Origin: Candidatus Xenobia bacterium
GTDB taxonomy: Bacteria; Vulcanimicrobiota; Xenobia; Xenobiales; QWHO01
Reading direction: 5' to 3'
Length of the DNA stretch: 64,000 nucleotides
NCBI GenBank assembly: GCA_045863235.1
Contig: BTUM01000004.1
Location: 32,001-96,000 of the forward strand
Positions 37,032 through 47,955 of the stretch are shown in pieces; position 1 is the first letter of the stretch; the number at the start of each line of letters is the position of its first letter. Made by a program: the position numbers and the translations under genes. The notes under the pieces were generated by a model, which worked only from the letters and a program-made list of their open reading frames with translations, had not been told where the DNA came from and made no database searches.

Positions 37032-37496
37032 CTACTGGAAGTCGATACCGAACGCTTTCCCCAGGCGCTGCTCCTCCACCCGCAGAGCGTCCATCTTGGC
37101 AGGCCAGGCGGCCTGCAGGGTCTGCATCTTCTTGCTGGCCTCGTCTCGCTGGGCCGGGGTGAGCTTGAGGTCGACCACGTCCCCGATCACCTGGTTGAAG
37201 GTCACAAAGTCCTGCCAGGCGGCCAGAAACTGCTGATGAAACCCGGCCACCGCCTCCGGCGGCCGAATCTTGCCGATCTCTTCGGACATCTTGCGCGACT
37301 CGTCGGCAAGAGAGCGATAGGCCTGGGCCCGTTGTTCGAAAGGGAGGGCCGAGATCTGTGTCATGCGCGACTGGGCTTCCCGCAGCTTGTGCTCGTGAGG
37401 AATGATGGCCTCGAAGTAGCGAATCACGTCGCGCCGTTCGGCCGAGCAGCCGAGGGTCAAGACTCCCAGGAGCAAGCAGAGCAAAATCCTGATCAT
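37032..37496 (-). CDS. Helical lipoprotein
   Basis: Signal peptide with lipobox LTLGC. Confidence 0.75.
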   Translation of the reverse strand: MIRILLCLLLGVLTLGCSAERRDVIRYFEAIIPHEHKLREAQSRMTQISALPFEQRAQAYRSLADESRKMSEEIGKIRPPEAVAGFHQQFLAAWQDFVTFNQVIGDVVDLKLTPAQRDEASKKMQTLQAAWPAKMDALRVEEQRLGKAFGIDFQ

Positions 37497-37606
37497 GAGA
37501 GGAAACTTCTACTCTGGTGGTCGCCTCCCTCTCCCTCTCAGACCAGGGGGATTAGCCTGGAATTACTACAGGACAGGGCTGAAGCTGAGCCGAAAGCAGT
37601 CCCCAG

Positions 37607-40600
37607 ATGAGCAACAGCGTTTCCATCGAACCGGCCCAGGCGTTTCGCCAGATGGGCCGATTCGCTCTGGCCGAGCCAGGCCGATATGTCGTCAACCTTG
37701 TGGCCGCCGCAGTGGCCAGTGGCGCGACCTTCTGCAAGGTCCAGTCCGATTCTTCCGAGTGCACCGTCGAGTTTGACGGTCAGCCCTTCTCCGATGCCGA
37801 GCTGGAGGCGCTCTTTCCGGCCTGCTTTCAAGAGGACTCCTCCCCTCGTCTGCGCGAGCTGGCCATCGGGTTGTTTGGCGCCCTTGAGATCGATCCCAAG
37901 GGAGTCACCCTCGAAACCTGGGGCCAGAACACGGGAGCGCGCCTGAAACTGGCCAAAGAGGCCGGGGCCAAAGTCGAAAAGTTGAGTCGCTCTCCCTTCA
38001 AGGACACCGGCTCGCTGACCCGGATCAAGGTCGGTGGCAAGGGCTTCTTCTCCAAGCTGATCAAGCGTTCGGATACGGTCAACCCGGAAGAGGCCACCCT
38101 CACCGAAACGTCAGCCCACGCTCCTTTGAAGCTGACCGTGAATGACAAGCTGATCTCGTCTCCCTATAATCCGACCAACTGCCTCCTGCATACCGCGCTG
38201 GAAGGCCCGGGCAAGGCGCTCGTGGGTGAGATCGGAGCCAAACTCCAGGAGAGCCGGCCGGCTCGCCATTGCGCGGGAGCCCTGGTGCTGAAAGAGGAGG
38301 AAGGTCAGGAAGGCCCTCCGCTCTTGATCATGGTGCGGGGCCACGCCCTGGAAGTAGCGGTGCCTGCCCTGCAACAGGCTGGAATTCAGGGCCTGATCGC
38401 GGCCGACCGGCTGCGCTTGAGCGACGACCAGAGCGCCATCGAGCCCGACGAGCAATACCAGGAGCTGGTCACCGAGCTCACGGCTCAGGCCTCGAGCATG
38501 CTCTTGAGCGTGATTTCCCAGCTGGACAAGATCAATGAGCTCGAGCGGGTCCTGGCCGAGTGGAATCTCAAGAAGCTGGCTCGCTGGCTCCAGGACCAGG
38601 GTCAGCTCAAGGAAGCCGACACTCTGTACACCCAGCTGTTGAGCCAGCAAGAGAAGAAATTGGGGGCCTCCCATCCGGACGTGGCCGAAACCGTCAAAAC
38701 CATGTTCGACTTCTATAAGTCGCAGGGTCGGGAAGAGCAGTGCCGTCCTCTCTACGGTCGCATGCTGGGCGTCCTGGAGGCGTCCGGGCAGAAGACCCCC
38801 GACCTGGTGATGGCTCTCGGCGCTCAATTGCGAGACGCCGTCGCCCACGAGGAATGGGAGAAGGTCGAGAAACTGGCCGAGAAGGCCCGGCCCCTGGCCG
38901 AGCAGATCCTGGGGGCCAAACATGCTGAGACAGCCTTCGTCCTGAGCGCTCTTGCCTCGTCTTATCGACGCCGTTATCCAGGGCGTCACCCGAAATTCCG
39001 TCAATCGGAGCCTTTGCTCGAGCAGGCCATGGCCATCCAGGAGTCCGAGCCGGGACCGGATCTGGCCGCCACTTTGCTGGAACTGGCCGATATGTGCCGC
39101 GAGCAGCGGCGCTACCACGAATCCGAGCCCCTCTACGAGCAAGCCCTGTCGCTCACCGAGCAGGGAAGTGACCCGCTTCTGCGGGCTCGAGTCCTGGAGG
39201 GTGTGGGCGCGTTCTATGCCGACCAGGGTCTTCCCGATGAGGCGGGCGCTCAGTATCGCCAGTCCCTGGCTCTGTGGGAGGCGAGGTTGGGGCCGGAGCA
39301 TCCCGACGTGGCCAGGCGCCTTCTCTCGTTGGTGGAGCTCTATCGGATCTACGCGCGTTACGGCGAGGCCGAAGAGCTCTATCGAAAGATTGTGGACATC
39401 CGGACCAAGGCTTTCGGCCCGGCGCACCGCGACCTGGTGCCCGATCTGTGCAACCTGGCGCTCTTTTACCAGGCTCAGGGCAAGCATTCCGAAGCCGAGC
39501 CCCTGCTGAGCCGGGCGGCCGAGATTCTGGAGTCGGCCCTGGGTCCGGACCACGTGGAGAACGCCTGGGTGCTCAACCATCTGGGCAAGTCATACGACGA
39601 GGAGGGTCGCTTCGACGAAGCCGAGGCCTTCTACAAGCGAGCCCTGGAGATCTGCGAGAAGACGCTGGGGGCGGATCATCCCGATCTGGCCGTCAGCCTG
39701 GATTGCCTGGTGCTGCATTATCGGCTCCAGGACCGACTGGAAGAGGCCGAGCCGATGGCCCGACGAGCCCTCGCCATTCGCGAGGGGGCGCTCGGGCCCG
39801 ATCACCCGGAGGTGGCCACGACACTCTGCACTCTGGGCGAGATCTATCGCGGTCGCGAGCGTTACGAACGAGCCCGTCCCCTCTACATGAAGGCCAGCGA
39901 CATCCGTAAGCGCCAGTTGGAGGGCGAAGCCAAACTGAGCGATCCCAAGCTGGGCAAGAGCCACTACTACGCCGCCATCGGCGAGGCTGCCGAGCTGCAA
40001 CGAAAAGCCGAGGAGCCGGCACGAACCTACAAACGCTTCCAGGAGGCCGAGCACCTGATCCGACGGGCCACCTTGCTGCTGGAGCAGACCGTCGGTCCGA
40101 GCCACCCGGCCCTCTGCGTCGGGCTCGAGCGCCTGGCCGATCTCTACTGCAGCCACCGCAAGTTCGCCGGCGCCGAAGAGCTGTTGGTGCGGGCCCGCTC
40201 CATCCGCGAGGAGTCGCTTGGGCCCGATCATCCCGACGTCATCATCAGCCTTCAAAGACAGGTCGACCTCTGTCGCCGCCAGAATTTACTGGCCGAAGCC
40301 GAGCCGCTGGCGCTTCGTTGGCTGGAGGTCGCCGAGCAGACCTATGGACCCGAGCATCCTGAGACTGCCCGAGCACTGGCTGCCCTGGGGACGGTCTACG
40401 CCTCGCTGGACATGCTGGAAGAGGCCGAGCCCCTGCACCGCCGGGCGCTGGAGATTCGCAAGGCCAAACTGGGCCCTGACCACCTCGAATCGGCCCTCAG
40501 CCTGGCCGAGTTCTATGCTGTGCGGGCTGAGTACCAGCAGGCCGAAAGCGTGTTCAACCTGGTGATCGCCTCGCGCGAGGACGCTCCCGATCTGTTACCC

Positions 40601-40717
40601 TTCCTGGAGCGCTATGCCGCCATGCTCAGACGATCCGAGCGCAACGACGAAGCCGAGGCCCTGGAAACGCAGGCCACCATCATTCGAGTTTCGAACGGGC
40701 TGGATTTTCCCGAGTAG
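37607..40717 (+). CDS. TPR-repeat protein with degenerate GHKL-like N-terminal domain
   Basis: Many ~42-aa LGPDHPDVA..L..L...Y...G.Y.EAEPLY.RAL repeats; N-terminus resembles a GHKL ATP-binding fold. Confidence 0.85.
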   Translation: MSNSVSIEPAQAFRQMGRFALAEPGRYVVNLVAAAVASGATFCKVQSDSSECTVEFDGQPFSDAELEALFPACFQEDSSPRLRELAIGLFGALEIDPKGVTLETWGQNTGARLKLAKEAGAKVEKLSRSPFKDTGSLTRIKVGGKGFFSKLIKRSDTVNPEEATLTETSAHAPLKLTVNDKLISSPYNPTNCLLHTALEGPGKALVGEIGAKLQESRPARHCAGALVLKEEEGQEGPPLLIMVRGHALEVAVPALQQAGIQGLIAADRLRLSDDQSAIEPDEQYQELVTELTAQASSMLLSVISQLDKINELERVLAEWNLKKLARWLQDQGQLKEADTLYTQLLSQQEKKLGASHPDVAETVKTMFDFYKSQGREEQCRPLYGRMLGVLEASGQKTPDLVMALGAQLRDAVAHEEWEKVEKLAEKARPLAEQILGAKHAETAFVLSALASSYRRRYPGRHPKFRQSEPLLEQAMAIQESEPGPDLAATLLELADMCREQRRYHESEPLYEQALSLTEQGSDPLLRARVLEGVGAFYADQGLPDEAGAQYRQSLALWEARLGPEHPDVARRLLSLVELYRIYARYGEAEELYRKIVDIRTKAFGPAHRDLVPDLCNLALFYQAQGKHSEAEPLLSRAAEILESALGPDHVENAWVLNHLGKSYDEEGRFDEAEAFYKRALEICEKTLGADHPDLAVSLDCLVLHYRLQDRLEEAEPMARRALAIREGALGPDHPEVATTLCTLGEIYRGRERYERARPLYMKASDIRKRQLEGEAKLSDPKLGKSHYYAAIGEAAELQRKAEEPARTYKRFQEAEHLIRRATLLLEQTVGPSHPALCVGLERLADLYCSHRKFAGAEELLVRARSIREESLGPDHPDVIISLQRQVDLCRRQNLLAEAEPLALRWLEVAEQTYGPEHPETARALAALGTVYASLDMLEEAEPLHRRALEIRKAKLGPDHLESALSLAEFYAVRAEYQQAESVFNLVIASREDAPDLLPFLERYAAMLRRSERNDEAEALETQATIIRVSNGLDFPE

Positions 40718-40718
40718 C

Positions 40719-41504
40719 TCAGGCCGCTTGCTCGCGTGCAGGACCATCGGCCGGAGGCTTCTGACCCTCGGCTGGCGGAGCAGGAGCGGCCGGAGGCTGC
40801 TGACCCTCGGCTGGCGGGGCAGGAGCGGGAGGCTGCTGACCATCGGACGGCGGGGCAGGAGCGGGTGGCTGGGCGGGAGGCTCCTGAGGGGGAGCCGGCT
40901 CCTTCTTCAGCAGAGCCAGCGCCTTCTTGGCACCCCAGGTGACCAGGCCGGCGACCGCACCGACGGCGCCACCACCGACCGTGCCGGCCAGGCCGACCAG
41001 AGCCGAGACGCCGGCCACCGCGCCAACCGCAGCGGCCACGGGGCTTCCAAAGCCGACCACGGCTCCGCCAATCCCGCCGGCCAGCGAGCCGGTCAGGGCG
41101 GCCATCTGGTGTTTCTTACTCTCGGGCTCGTCGGCGGTGGCCAGGCGGCCCATCACCTCACCCGTCTTAGAGCCGAGTTGGAACCCGCCCACCAGGCCGA
41201 AAATGGGCACGGCCCAAAGGCCGTGGGTGACCGTCACGGCGACCCCGAGGGGGACCCCGGCCAGATGCCCGAGGTTGGAGCCGACCTTCAGGCCGGAGTT
41301 GAAGCCAGCCTTGATGGACGCTCCCAGGCCTTCGGCGTCACGAAGGCCGGTGTAACCTTCCTTGAGCCCGCTGAAGGTGCCCACGAAGGCATCTCCGTAG
41401 CCTTTCACGGTGTCCTTGAGCTCCTGGCGCACATAGGCTCCGAGCCGGAACTTGTCCTGAGCGGGAGTGGCCTGGGTTTGAGCGGCGGCGACGTCCATCT
41501 TCAA
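40719..41504 (-). CDS. Gly-zipper membrane hypothetical protein with Pro-rich repeat tail
   Basis: GGAGG RBS, GxxxG-rich hydrophobic segments, PAPAPPAEGQQP repeats. Confidence 0.75.
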   Translation of the reverse strand: MKMDVAAAQTQATPAQDKFRLGAYVRQELKDTVKGYGDAFVGTFSGLKEGYTGLRDAEGLGASIKAGFNSGLKVGSNLGHLAGVPLGVAVTVTHGLWAVPIFGLVGGFQLGSKTGEVMGRLATADEPESKKHQMAALTGSLAGGIGGAVVGFGSPVAAAVGAVAGVSALVGLAGTVGGGAVGAVAGLVTWGAKKALALLKKEPAPPQEPPAQPPAPAPPSDGQQPPAPAPPAEGQQPPAAPAPPAEGQKPPADGPAREQAA

Positions 41505-41573
41505 CCTCCACGAGGATACAATGCTTGCCGGCCCATGATACGTCTTAAGAAAGGCTGAAAAATGAACTGACTG

Positions 41574-42818
41574 TTAACGCCTGGCCAAACTGGCCTCGAC
41601 GCAGCGGGCAGTGTCGCGAGCGATCAAGAGCTCTTCGTTGGTCGGGATGACCATAGCTTTGAGGCGCGAGCTGGCCCTGGAGATGGTGCCCGTCCCGCCC
41701 CCCGCCACTGCTTCGTTGGCAACCGGATCGATCTCCAGTCCCAACCATTCCAGCCCCTGGCAGATGCGCTGGCGCACGGCCGAGGAGTTCTCGCCGATGC
41801 CCCCGGTGAAGACCACCGCTTCGGCGCCCCCCATTTCGGCCAGATAGGCCCCGATGTATTTACGAACCCGCAGGCAGAAGACATCGATGGCCAGTCGGGC
41901 CCGCCGGTCTTGATTCTCCCGCTCTTCATCGAGCAGCTCGCGCATGTCGCCAGTCAGTCCCGACAGGCCCAAAAGCCCGGAGCGTTTGCTGAGCATGGTC
42001 TCCACCTCAGCGAGTTGCAGTCCCTCGGTCTCGCACAGGAAGGGAATGATCGAGGGGTCCAGATCACCTGAGCGGGTCCCCATCAAGAGGCCCTCCACGG
42101 GCGTGAAACCCATGGAGGTGTCCAGGGACTGGCCAGCCTTGATGGCGCAGGCCGAGCATCCGTTGCCCAGGTGGAGCGAGACGATGTTCACCTGCTCCTT
42201 CTCCAGGCCGTGCAGGGTGCGATAACGGTAGGCGATGTAGCGGTGCGAGGTGCCGTGGAAACCGTAGCGGCGGATCTTGTAACGCCGGTAGAGCTGGTAG
42301 GGGATGCCGTAGAGGTAAGCGACCTCCGGCATGGTGGCGTGGAAGGCGGTGTCGAACACGGCCACCTGGGGGACGCCCTTGCCAAGCAGGTCGGTGGCGG
42401 CTCGGATGCCCTTGAGGTTGGCCGGATTGTGCAGCGGAGCGAGATCGATGCAATCATCGATGCCCTCGAGCACGGCCTCGTCGATCAGCACCGAGCTCTG
42501 GAAACGCTCGCCGCCGTGCACTACCCGGTGGCCCACGGCGTGCAGGTCCGCCAGGCTGTGGATGTCCACCTGGGAGCTGTCCGACAGGAGCCAGCGGAGC
42601 ACCTCGTCGATGGCCGCCCGGTGATCGCGCAGGGCCAGAGCCTGCTTCACCGGGGGCTGTCCGGTGGCGGTAAACTTGCACAGGGCCTGCGAGCCGATGC
42701 GCTCCACCAGACCGATAGCCTTGAGCACATCGCCGTCAGTTTGGATCTTCTCGGGATCGGTGTCGAGCACCTGAAACTTGAGCGTGGAAGAGCCGCAGTT
42801 GAGGACCAGAATGTTCAT
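41574..42818 (-). CDS. ackA: Acetate kinase
   Basis: [59 protein letters not shown]. Confidence 0.97.
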   Translation of the reverse strand: MNILVLNCGSSTLKFQVLDTDPEKIQTDGDVLKAIGLVERIGSQALCKFTATGQPPVKQALALRDHRAAIDEVLRWLLSDSSQVDIHSLADLHAVGHRVVHGGERFQSSVLIDEAVLEGIDDCIDLAPLHNPANLKGIRAATDLLGKGVPQVAVFDTAFHATMPEVAYLYGIPYQLYRRYKIRRYGFHGTSHRYIAYRYRTLHGLEKEQVNIVSLHLGNGCSACAIKAGQSLDTSMGFTPVEGLLMGTRSGDLDPSIIPFLCETEGLQLAEVETMLSKRSGLLGLSGLTGDMRELLDEERENQDRRARLAIDVFCLRVRKYIGAYLAEMGGAEAVVFTGGIGENSSAVRQRICQGLEWLGLEIDPVANEAVAGGGTGTISRASSRLKAMVIPTNEELLIARDTARCVEASLARR

Positions 42819-43405
42819 CAGTAACCGGGCGGAGCGTCCTTGTCCTTGGGATACTGCGGGGTGGTGTCATACTTGGGCGCCTTCTCGCCACCCGTGTCGT
42901 AAACCGGCGGAGGGTTGGTGCCTTCGCCACGGTTCTCCTGGGTGGCCAACTGCTGCTTGTCGTGGCTCACGGTCACCCGGGCCTGCACCAGGGCCAGGCT
43001 GGTGTTCTCGAAGGTGGGGGTGTGGTATTCATAGACCTCGTCCGCCGTCAGCACGGCGAGATTCTTGGTGTACTCAGCCAGCTTCTTGTCGGTCAGGTCG
43101 TAGATGGTCACCGTGATGGTGATGTTGTTGAGGTTCTGACCCGAGGTGTTCTTGATAGACGTGGTGACCCGAACCTCGCTCAGGCTGCCCCCGGAGTTGC
43201 CGCTGAGATAGAAGCTGTCGGGGGTGGTATCGGTCAACGTCACGCTGGCTATCTTGACCGGCGACTGGCGGTTGGTGCCGTCGGTGGTGACCTTGGCGGG
43301 CTGCGCGAAGGCCGGGGCGTCCAGCAGACACACCAGACAGGCCAGAGTGGCCGCCATACTCCTGAGTCGCATCCTCGTCAATCCTCCTTCGTCTTTGGCG
43401 GGCAC
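42818..43405 (-). CDS. Secreted beta-sandwich protein (FxLYD-like)
   Basis: Signal peptide ending AFA-Q; IKNTSG...VTIYD...K pattern; true start may be the ATG about 11 codons in. Confidence 0.7.
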   Translation of the reverse strand: MPAKDEGGLTRMRLRSMAATLACLVCLLDAPAFAQPAKVTTDGTNRQSPVKIASVTLTDTTPDSFYLSGNSGGSLSEVRVTTSIKNTSGQNLNNITITVTIYDLTDKKLAEYTKNLAVLTADEVYEYHTPTFENTSLALVQARVTVSHDKQQLATQENRGEGTNPPPVYDTGGEKAPKYDTTPQYPKDKDAPPGY

Positions 43406-43508
43406 ACTCCAGCAGGCGGCCCTTCAGGGCCCAGTTTGTGAAGCAAGTGGCCCGGTCCTCCCCGAGCTCAAAAAGGGCTTGACGCGAATGGTCTGGAACG
43501 CGCTGGCT

Positions 43509-44381
43509 ATGCCCAGAGGTGTTTTTGTGCAGAGCGCTGCGATTTTGTGCAGCTCCCCCCCCTCCCCGACCGAAATCCAGCAGCGTTTACCGGGGGCCGT
43601 GCCCACTCAACCAGGCAGCGGCTGGGAGGAGCCCGGACCGGGCTGGTGGGTGCCCTGGCACGGGCAACGCCTGCTGGTGGACTACCAGGCCTCGCGCTGG
43701 CCCGACGAGATGACCGAGCCAGCTGTTCGCTCGGCCTGGGCGGCCGGCTGGCTGGGACCGACGGCCTACCCGGGAGGACTGCAGCGAGCAGTCGACCACA
43801 ACGCTCTCTGGTCGGATGGAGGGGCCGCGGTGGAGGCCCACCGGGGAGTGCTTCGGATCGGCCTGGAAAGCGAACAGGAGCCCAGCCTGGAGCAGATCGA
43901 GGAGGTCACAAAGGTGGCCACTCTGCTGCTCGAGCTGCCCCAGGCCCTGGCCTACTTCAATCCCAATGGAGAAATCTTGCTTTCCCGCTCGCATCTGATC
44001 GAGCTGACCCAGTTCGCCCGCACCAAGGGGCGACCGCCCTACGACCTCTGGTGCAACCTGCGTCTCTTCGGAGCCGGGCAAGATTGGGCCGTGATCGACT
44101 CAGTGGGAATGGGCCAGTTCGGCCAGCGCGATCACGAAATCTGCTTTCCTTCCTCCATCGACCGGGTTGCCGCCGCCAATCTGGCCCACAACCTGTGCCA
44201 CTACCAGGTGAGCAGCCGGCCCGACTTCCACTCGGGCGACACGGTGGATGGTCCGGGCGGGCCCTGGGTCACGCTGGAGAGCCCCGAGGGGTTCCGCTCG
44301 CCGGCCCGGCCTACGTTGCGCTGGTTCTCGCAGGCTTACGACCCCCCCGAGGAGCTGCTCAGCGCACTGGGATCGGCTTGA
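43509..44381 (+). CDS. DUF4261-like protein
   Basis: LWCNLRLF...DSVGMGQFGQRDHEICF...NLCHY...GDTV C-terminal pattern; start uncertain. Confidence 0.65.
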   Translation: MPRGVFVQSAAILCSSPPSPTEIQQRLPGAVPTQPGSGWEEPGPGWWVPWHGQRLLVDYQASRWPDEMTEPAVRSAWAAGWLGPTAYPGGLQRAVDHNALWSDGGAAVEAHRGVLRIGLESEQEPSLEQIEEVTKVATLLLELPQALAYFNPNGEILLSRSHLIELTQFARTKGRPPYDLWCNLRLFGAGQDWAVIDSVGMGQFGQRDHEICFPSSIDRVAAANLAHNLCHYQVSSRPDFHSGDTVDGPGGPWVTLESPEGFRSPARPTLRWFSQAYDPPEELLSALGSA

Positions 44382-44721
44382 GGTCGTCGTCGATGGCGAC
44401 ATAGACCACCTGCGCCTCGGTCACCATGATGGGCGCCCCCCCGGGCGAGCGCCGATAGGCCTCCACGACCACCTTGACCGTGATGGAGGTGCGACCGACG
44501 CGCAGGAGCTCGGTATAAAAACTCACCACGTCACCCACGAAGACCGGCTGATGGAAAACCACTTTGTCCATGGCCACGGTCACGATTTTATGCGGTGTCT
44601 GGCGAGCTGCCTCGACGGCGCCGGCCTGGTCGATGTAGGAAAGCAGCACGCCCCCGAAGATGCTGCCGTTGCCGTTGGTGTCGCGGGGCAACATGATCAC
44701 GCGAATGGAAGGCTCTGCCAT
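44359..44721 (-). CDS. Acyl-CoA thioesterase (hotdog fold, YciA-like)
   Basis: PRDTNGNGSIFGGVLLSYIDQAG, VGRTSITV, YVAID. Confidence 0.93.
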   Translation of the reverse strand: MAEPSIRVIMLPRDTNGNGSIFGGVLLSYIDQAGAVEAARQTPHKIVTVAMDKVVFHQPVFVGDVVSFYTELLRVGRTSITVKVVVEAYRRSPGGAPIMVTEAQVVYVAIDDDLKPIPVR

Positions 44722-44863
44722 GGCCAGCGCTTCGGGCCCCGGCCGGCAGGCCCTTCAGCCGGAGTCCGATGTGGTGAGCGGGCCAGGCACTCTCGCCCGG
44801 TGAGCGCCTGGGGCCCGCCTCCGCCGGAAGGCCGAGCCCGACCGGAAAGAGAATTCTTCCTGG

Positions 44864-45247
44864 ATGGATCCCCGTCGTCACCTCGACCAGCTCGAGAAGG
44901 CCACCGCCAAGCTCAACACCGAGGTCCGCTTCGAGAATTTTCCCGGCGCCCGCGAGGCGGCCGAGAAGCTCAAGAGCGTCCTGGCCTCTGCTCCAGCCGA
45001 CGACGAACGGCTGACCGAGGCTATGGAACGAGCCCGGGAAAGTCTCTCCCGCCTCGAGTCCATCACCCCGACCGCCGCGGGTGAAGCCCGCAAAGTGGCC
45101 CTGAAAGCCCTTTTCTCCATCTTGATGGCAGCCCTGCTGGTGAGCATCTACTTCCTCCTGCCGGGGTTCTATCGGCTCTATTACGTGATCGTGGCCGTGC
45201 CCACCATCTTCCAGATCGTCAAGCTGCACCAGCGCAAACACTGGTAA
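44864..45247 (+). CDS. Hypothetical membrane protein
   Basis: Helical N-terminus and two C-terminal TM segments. Confidence 0.7.
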   Translation: MDPRRHLDQLEKATAKLNTEVRFENFPGAREAAEKLKSVLASAPADDERLTEAMERARESLSRLESITPTAAGEARKVALKALFSILMAALLVSIYFLLPGFYRLYYVIVAVPTIFQIVKLHQRKHW

Positions 45248-45335
45248 TCCCGCTCTGACGGGAAAAAAAGGCCCTCTCCCCCATTGCCAGGGATTGAAGA
45301 ACATGCTAGTATGAAATCGACAGCGTGTTCGAGGG

Positions 45336-46217
45336 GTGGCTATGAATCAGCGTCGTTCCAGCGATCAAGTCTCTTTACCCCGTTTAATTTTTTTTCAAGC
45401 CGTTTTCCTTATGTTTTTCCTGGGTTCGACCGCGATTTCGCAGGGTGAGGAGCCGGTCAGGCTCGAGCGCAAGAAGCTAGCTGGGATATGGGCTAACGTG
45501 GTTACGGTGGATCTGAACGACCCGCGGGTGAGCCTGACTCCAGTGGTGGCCGAGCCGGGTGACCATCGCACCTTCATGAGCCTCCTGAAATGGGGCTACC
45601 GACCGGGAGCGCCCGTCGAGAAGGCCCGCCTGGTCGCGGCCATCAACGGCACGTTCTTCGATCCCCCCAGCGCCACCGTCATCTGCAACCTGGTGGCCCG
45701 AGGTCGACTGCTGACTGAGGGAACGGTAGGCAACACGCTGATTGTCAACCGCTCCAATCAGGCCAACCTGACCCTGACAGCCGGACGAGCCGGCCGTCAC
45801 TTGAAGCTCGACGACGCCCACTTCGCCGTTTCTGCCGGCCCCACGCTGGTATTCGGCGGCGAAGTGATGCTCGACCCTTATTCGGAGGGTTTCTCGGATC
45901 CCGGACTGTTCCGTCAGGCGCGCCGCAGCGCCGTGGGAATCACCGCCCACAACAAGTTGGTGCTGGTCACCGTCAACACGCCCGTCAGCTTGTTGCGGCT
46001 GGCCTGGATGATGCAAGACCTCAACTGCACTGACGCCCTCAACCTCGATGGCGGAAGCTCCACCGGCCTCTACTACAAGGGTCGCATGCTCAGCCAGCCC
46101 AAGCGGCTTCTGACCAACCTGATCGCAGTGCACGTGCGCCACGAGATTCCGGTCGAGGTTCCCGTGCAGGCCGATCCGGCCGGACTGGTGCCCCCCGAAG
46201 CCCTGCTGCTCCCCTGA
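45336..46217 (+). CDS. Phosphodiester glycosidase (NAGPA/DUF2233) family protein
   Basis: AAINGTFF, AGPTLV, RSAVG, ALNLDGGSST. Confidence 0.9.
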   Translation: MAMNQRRSSDQVSLPRLIFFQAVFLMFFLGSTAISQGEEPVRLERKKLAGIWANVVTVDLNDPRVSLTPVVAEPGDHRTFMSLLKWGYRPGAPVEKARLVAAINGTFFDPPSATVICNLVARGRLLTEGTVGNTLIVNRSNQANLTLTAGRAGRHLKLDDAHFAVSAGPTLVFGGEVMLDPYSEGFSDPGLFRQARRSAVGITAHNKLVLVTVNTPVSLLRLAWMMQDLNCTDALNLDGGSSTGLYYKGRMLSQPKRLLTNLIAVHVRHEIPVEVPVQADPAGLVPPEALLLP

Positions 46218-46243
46218 GTGGCCGAAGGTCTGCGCCGGATGGG

Positions 46244-47773
46244 CTATTCCTCTTCGTAGCCTTTGCGGCGCACCCGCACGGCGCCCACCACAACCGCCTC
46301 CTCATGCTCGCGCAAGTTGGCTCGAGCTCCCGACTGAGCGGCCAGCAGTGCCTGCAGGGCGGGGTCGATGCGCTGACGCTTGCCAAGCTCGCTGGCCCAG
46401 GTATCTCGCTCTTTCGCCAGCTCGGTTCGCAGGGCGTTCTCCGAGGCGCGATCCAGGCGCACCTTGCCGATCGGGAGGGTCATGAGGGCGGCCCCTATCG
46501 TCACTCCGATGGTCGGCCCCAGCGCCAATCCGAATGCGCCCGCAGCCAGGGCGGCTCCCGCTCCCACGGTCAGGAAGGGCAGCACCACCAGTCGGGCGAT
46601 GTGCTTCTGGCGCAGCTCGATTTCGCGCGCCTGGTAGCGTCGCAGCAGCTTATCGCGCGAGAGCGAGCAGGCCTCGGTGTAAAAGTCGGCCCGCTGACGG
46701 CAGACCTGCAGGCTGTCCTGAGCCATCGACAGGGCCGAGTCGGGATGGAGCAGACCGGCAGCCGCGCAACCGCCGGCCGTGGCGGCCACGGGTGCCAGGG
46801 CAAACATCTGGTCGGTGGACAGGCCCAGCTGGTGGGCGATCAGGTGGTCGTTGGCCACCACTCGGGCTCTGAGGGTACCGTCGTGCGGAGTCAGAGCGTT
46901 GGTCGCGGCGGCGGTCAAGCCCTGGAGGACCTCCGGGCCGGCTTCGGGATGAAGCCTCAAGACGCGCACAGCGGTGGCGGCGCGCTCTTCCTGGCCCTGC
47001 TGGGATGACTCGCGGTAGACCAGATCGGCCATGGCCTTCAGGCTCTGCGCCGGGATGGTGGGCTGGTGCTTGAAGGCCTGCTCGTAGCCGCGCAGCAAGG
47101 CCCGGCGTGAGGAGAGCTCGCTGTCGCGGTTGACGGCCTCTCCGATGGTCTTGATCCGGTCACTTTCCAGGGTGGGGTAGCGGACCATCATGGCGTTCAG
47201 ACTGCCCAGCTTGAGGCGCCGGTCGGCGGTGGACTTGCCCTCGTTGACGAACACCCGCACCTCGCGCAGGGTTTCGGGAGAAAGGGCTGGGTTCTTCCCC
47301 AGCATGGAGGTGACCTGGTCGAGCACCATCGTGCGCGCGTCGAGACCCGGGCTGTGGTCGACGAGCACGCGCAACTGGGCCACGAAGGCCGGGCTGAGGT
47401 GGGGCTGAATCTTGAGCATCTCGTTCAGGGCCGAGAGCTTCTCGCGGTAGCCCTCGGCCGAGTTGGAGCTCATGAGAAACTTGCAGGTCTCCTCGAGCAG
47501 ATCGTCTGTCAGGTTCGGCTGGCGACGATACAGGCCGGCCAGGCCCTCGAGCTTGGCGGCCTTGCCCTCGGGGCTGGCGCTCCGGCCGAGGGTCCGGGTG
47601 ATGAGCTTCTGCGCCCGCGGGCTGAGCTCGACCGGGAACTCCCGGAACGGACGCCCGGTGGAGCGGGGCACCAGGGTTGTCGCCTGAACCAGCATAACAG
47701 GGCTGAGTATGCCCGCCAGGGTGGCAGCAGATGTGAACTGAGGGTTAACTGTCATGCTCGGTCCGGGCTTCAC
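46244..47773 (-). CDS. Hypothetical protein with helical repeats and C-terminal TM hairpin
   Basis: Long ORF with imperfect ~37-aa helical repeats, two TM segments and a VVVGAVRVRRK end; start may be ATG 47755. Confidence 0.75.
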   Translation of the reverse strand: MKPGPSMTVNPQFTSAATLAGILSPVMLVQATTLVPRSTGRPFREFPVELSPRAQKLITRTLGRSASPEGKAAKLEGLAGLYRRQPNLTDDLLEETCKFLMSSNSAEGYREKLSALNEMLKIQPHLSPAFVAQLRVLVDHSPGLDARTMVLDQVTSMLGKNPALSPETLREVRVFVNEGKSTADRRLKLGSLNAMMVRYPTLESDRIKTIGEAVNRDSELSSRRALLRGYEQAFKHQPTIPAQSLKAMADLVYRESSQQGQEERAATAVRVLRLHPEAGPEVLQGLTAAATNALTPHDGTLRARVVANDHLIAHQLGLSTDQMFALAPVAATAGGCAAAGLLHPDSALSMAQDSLQVCRQRADFYTEACSLSRDKLLRRYQAREIELRQKHIARLVVLPFLTVGAGAALAAGAFGLALGPTIGVTIGAALMTLPIGKVRLDRASENALRTELAKERDTWASELGKRQRIDPALQALLAAQSGARANLREHEEAVVVGAVRVRRKGYEEE

Positions 47774-47955
47774 GTCAGTCGGGGAGCTGGCGAGAGATGA
47801 ACGAAGGCGGGGGTCCGGGTTGTTCGGCAGGAGTTTCGCTTATGTGAAGGACTTCACAGAACGCCAGGCAGCCATCCTACAGCGATTGTTCGGAAGGTTT
47901 TCGTTTCCGCCGGAAAGTCAAATGCGCTGCCCAATGAGCTAGCTGCATCACTCTG

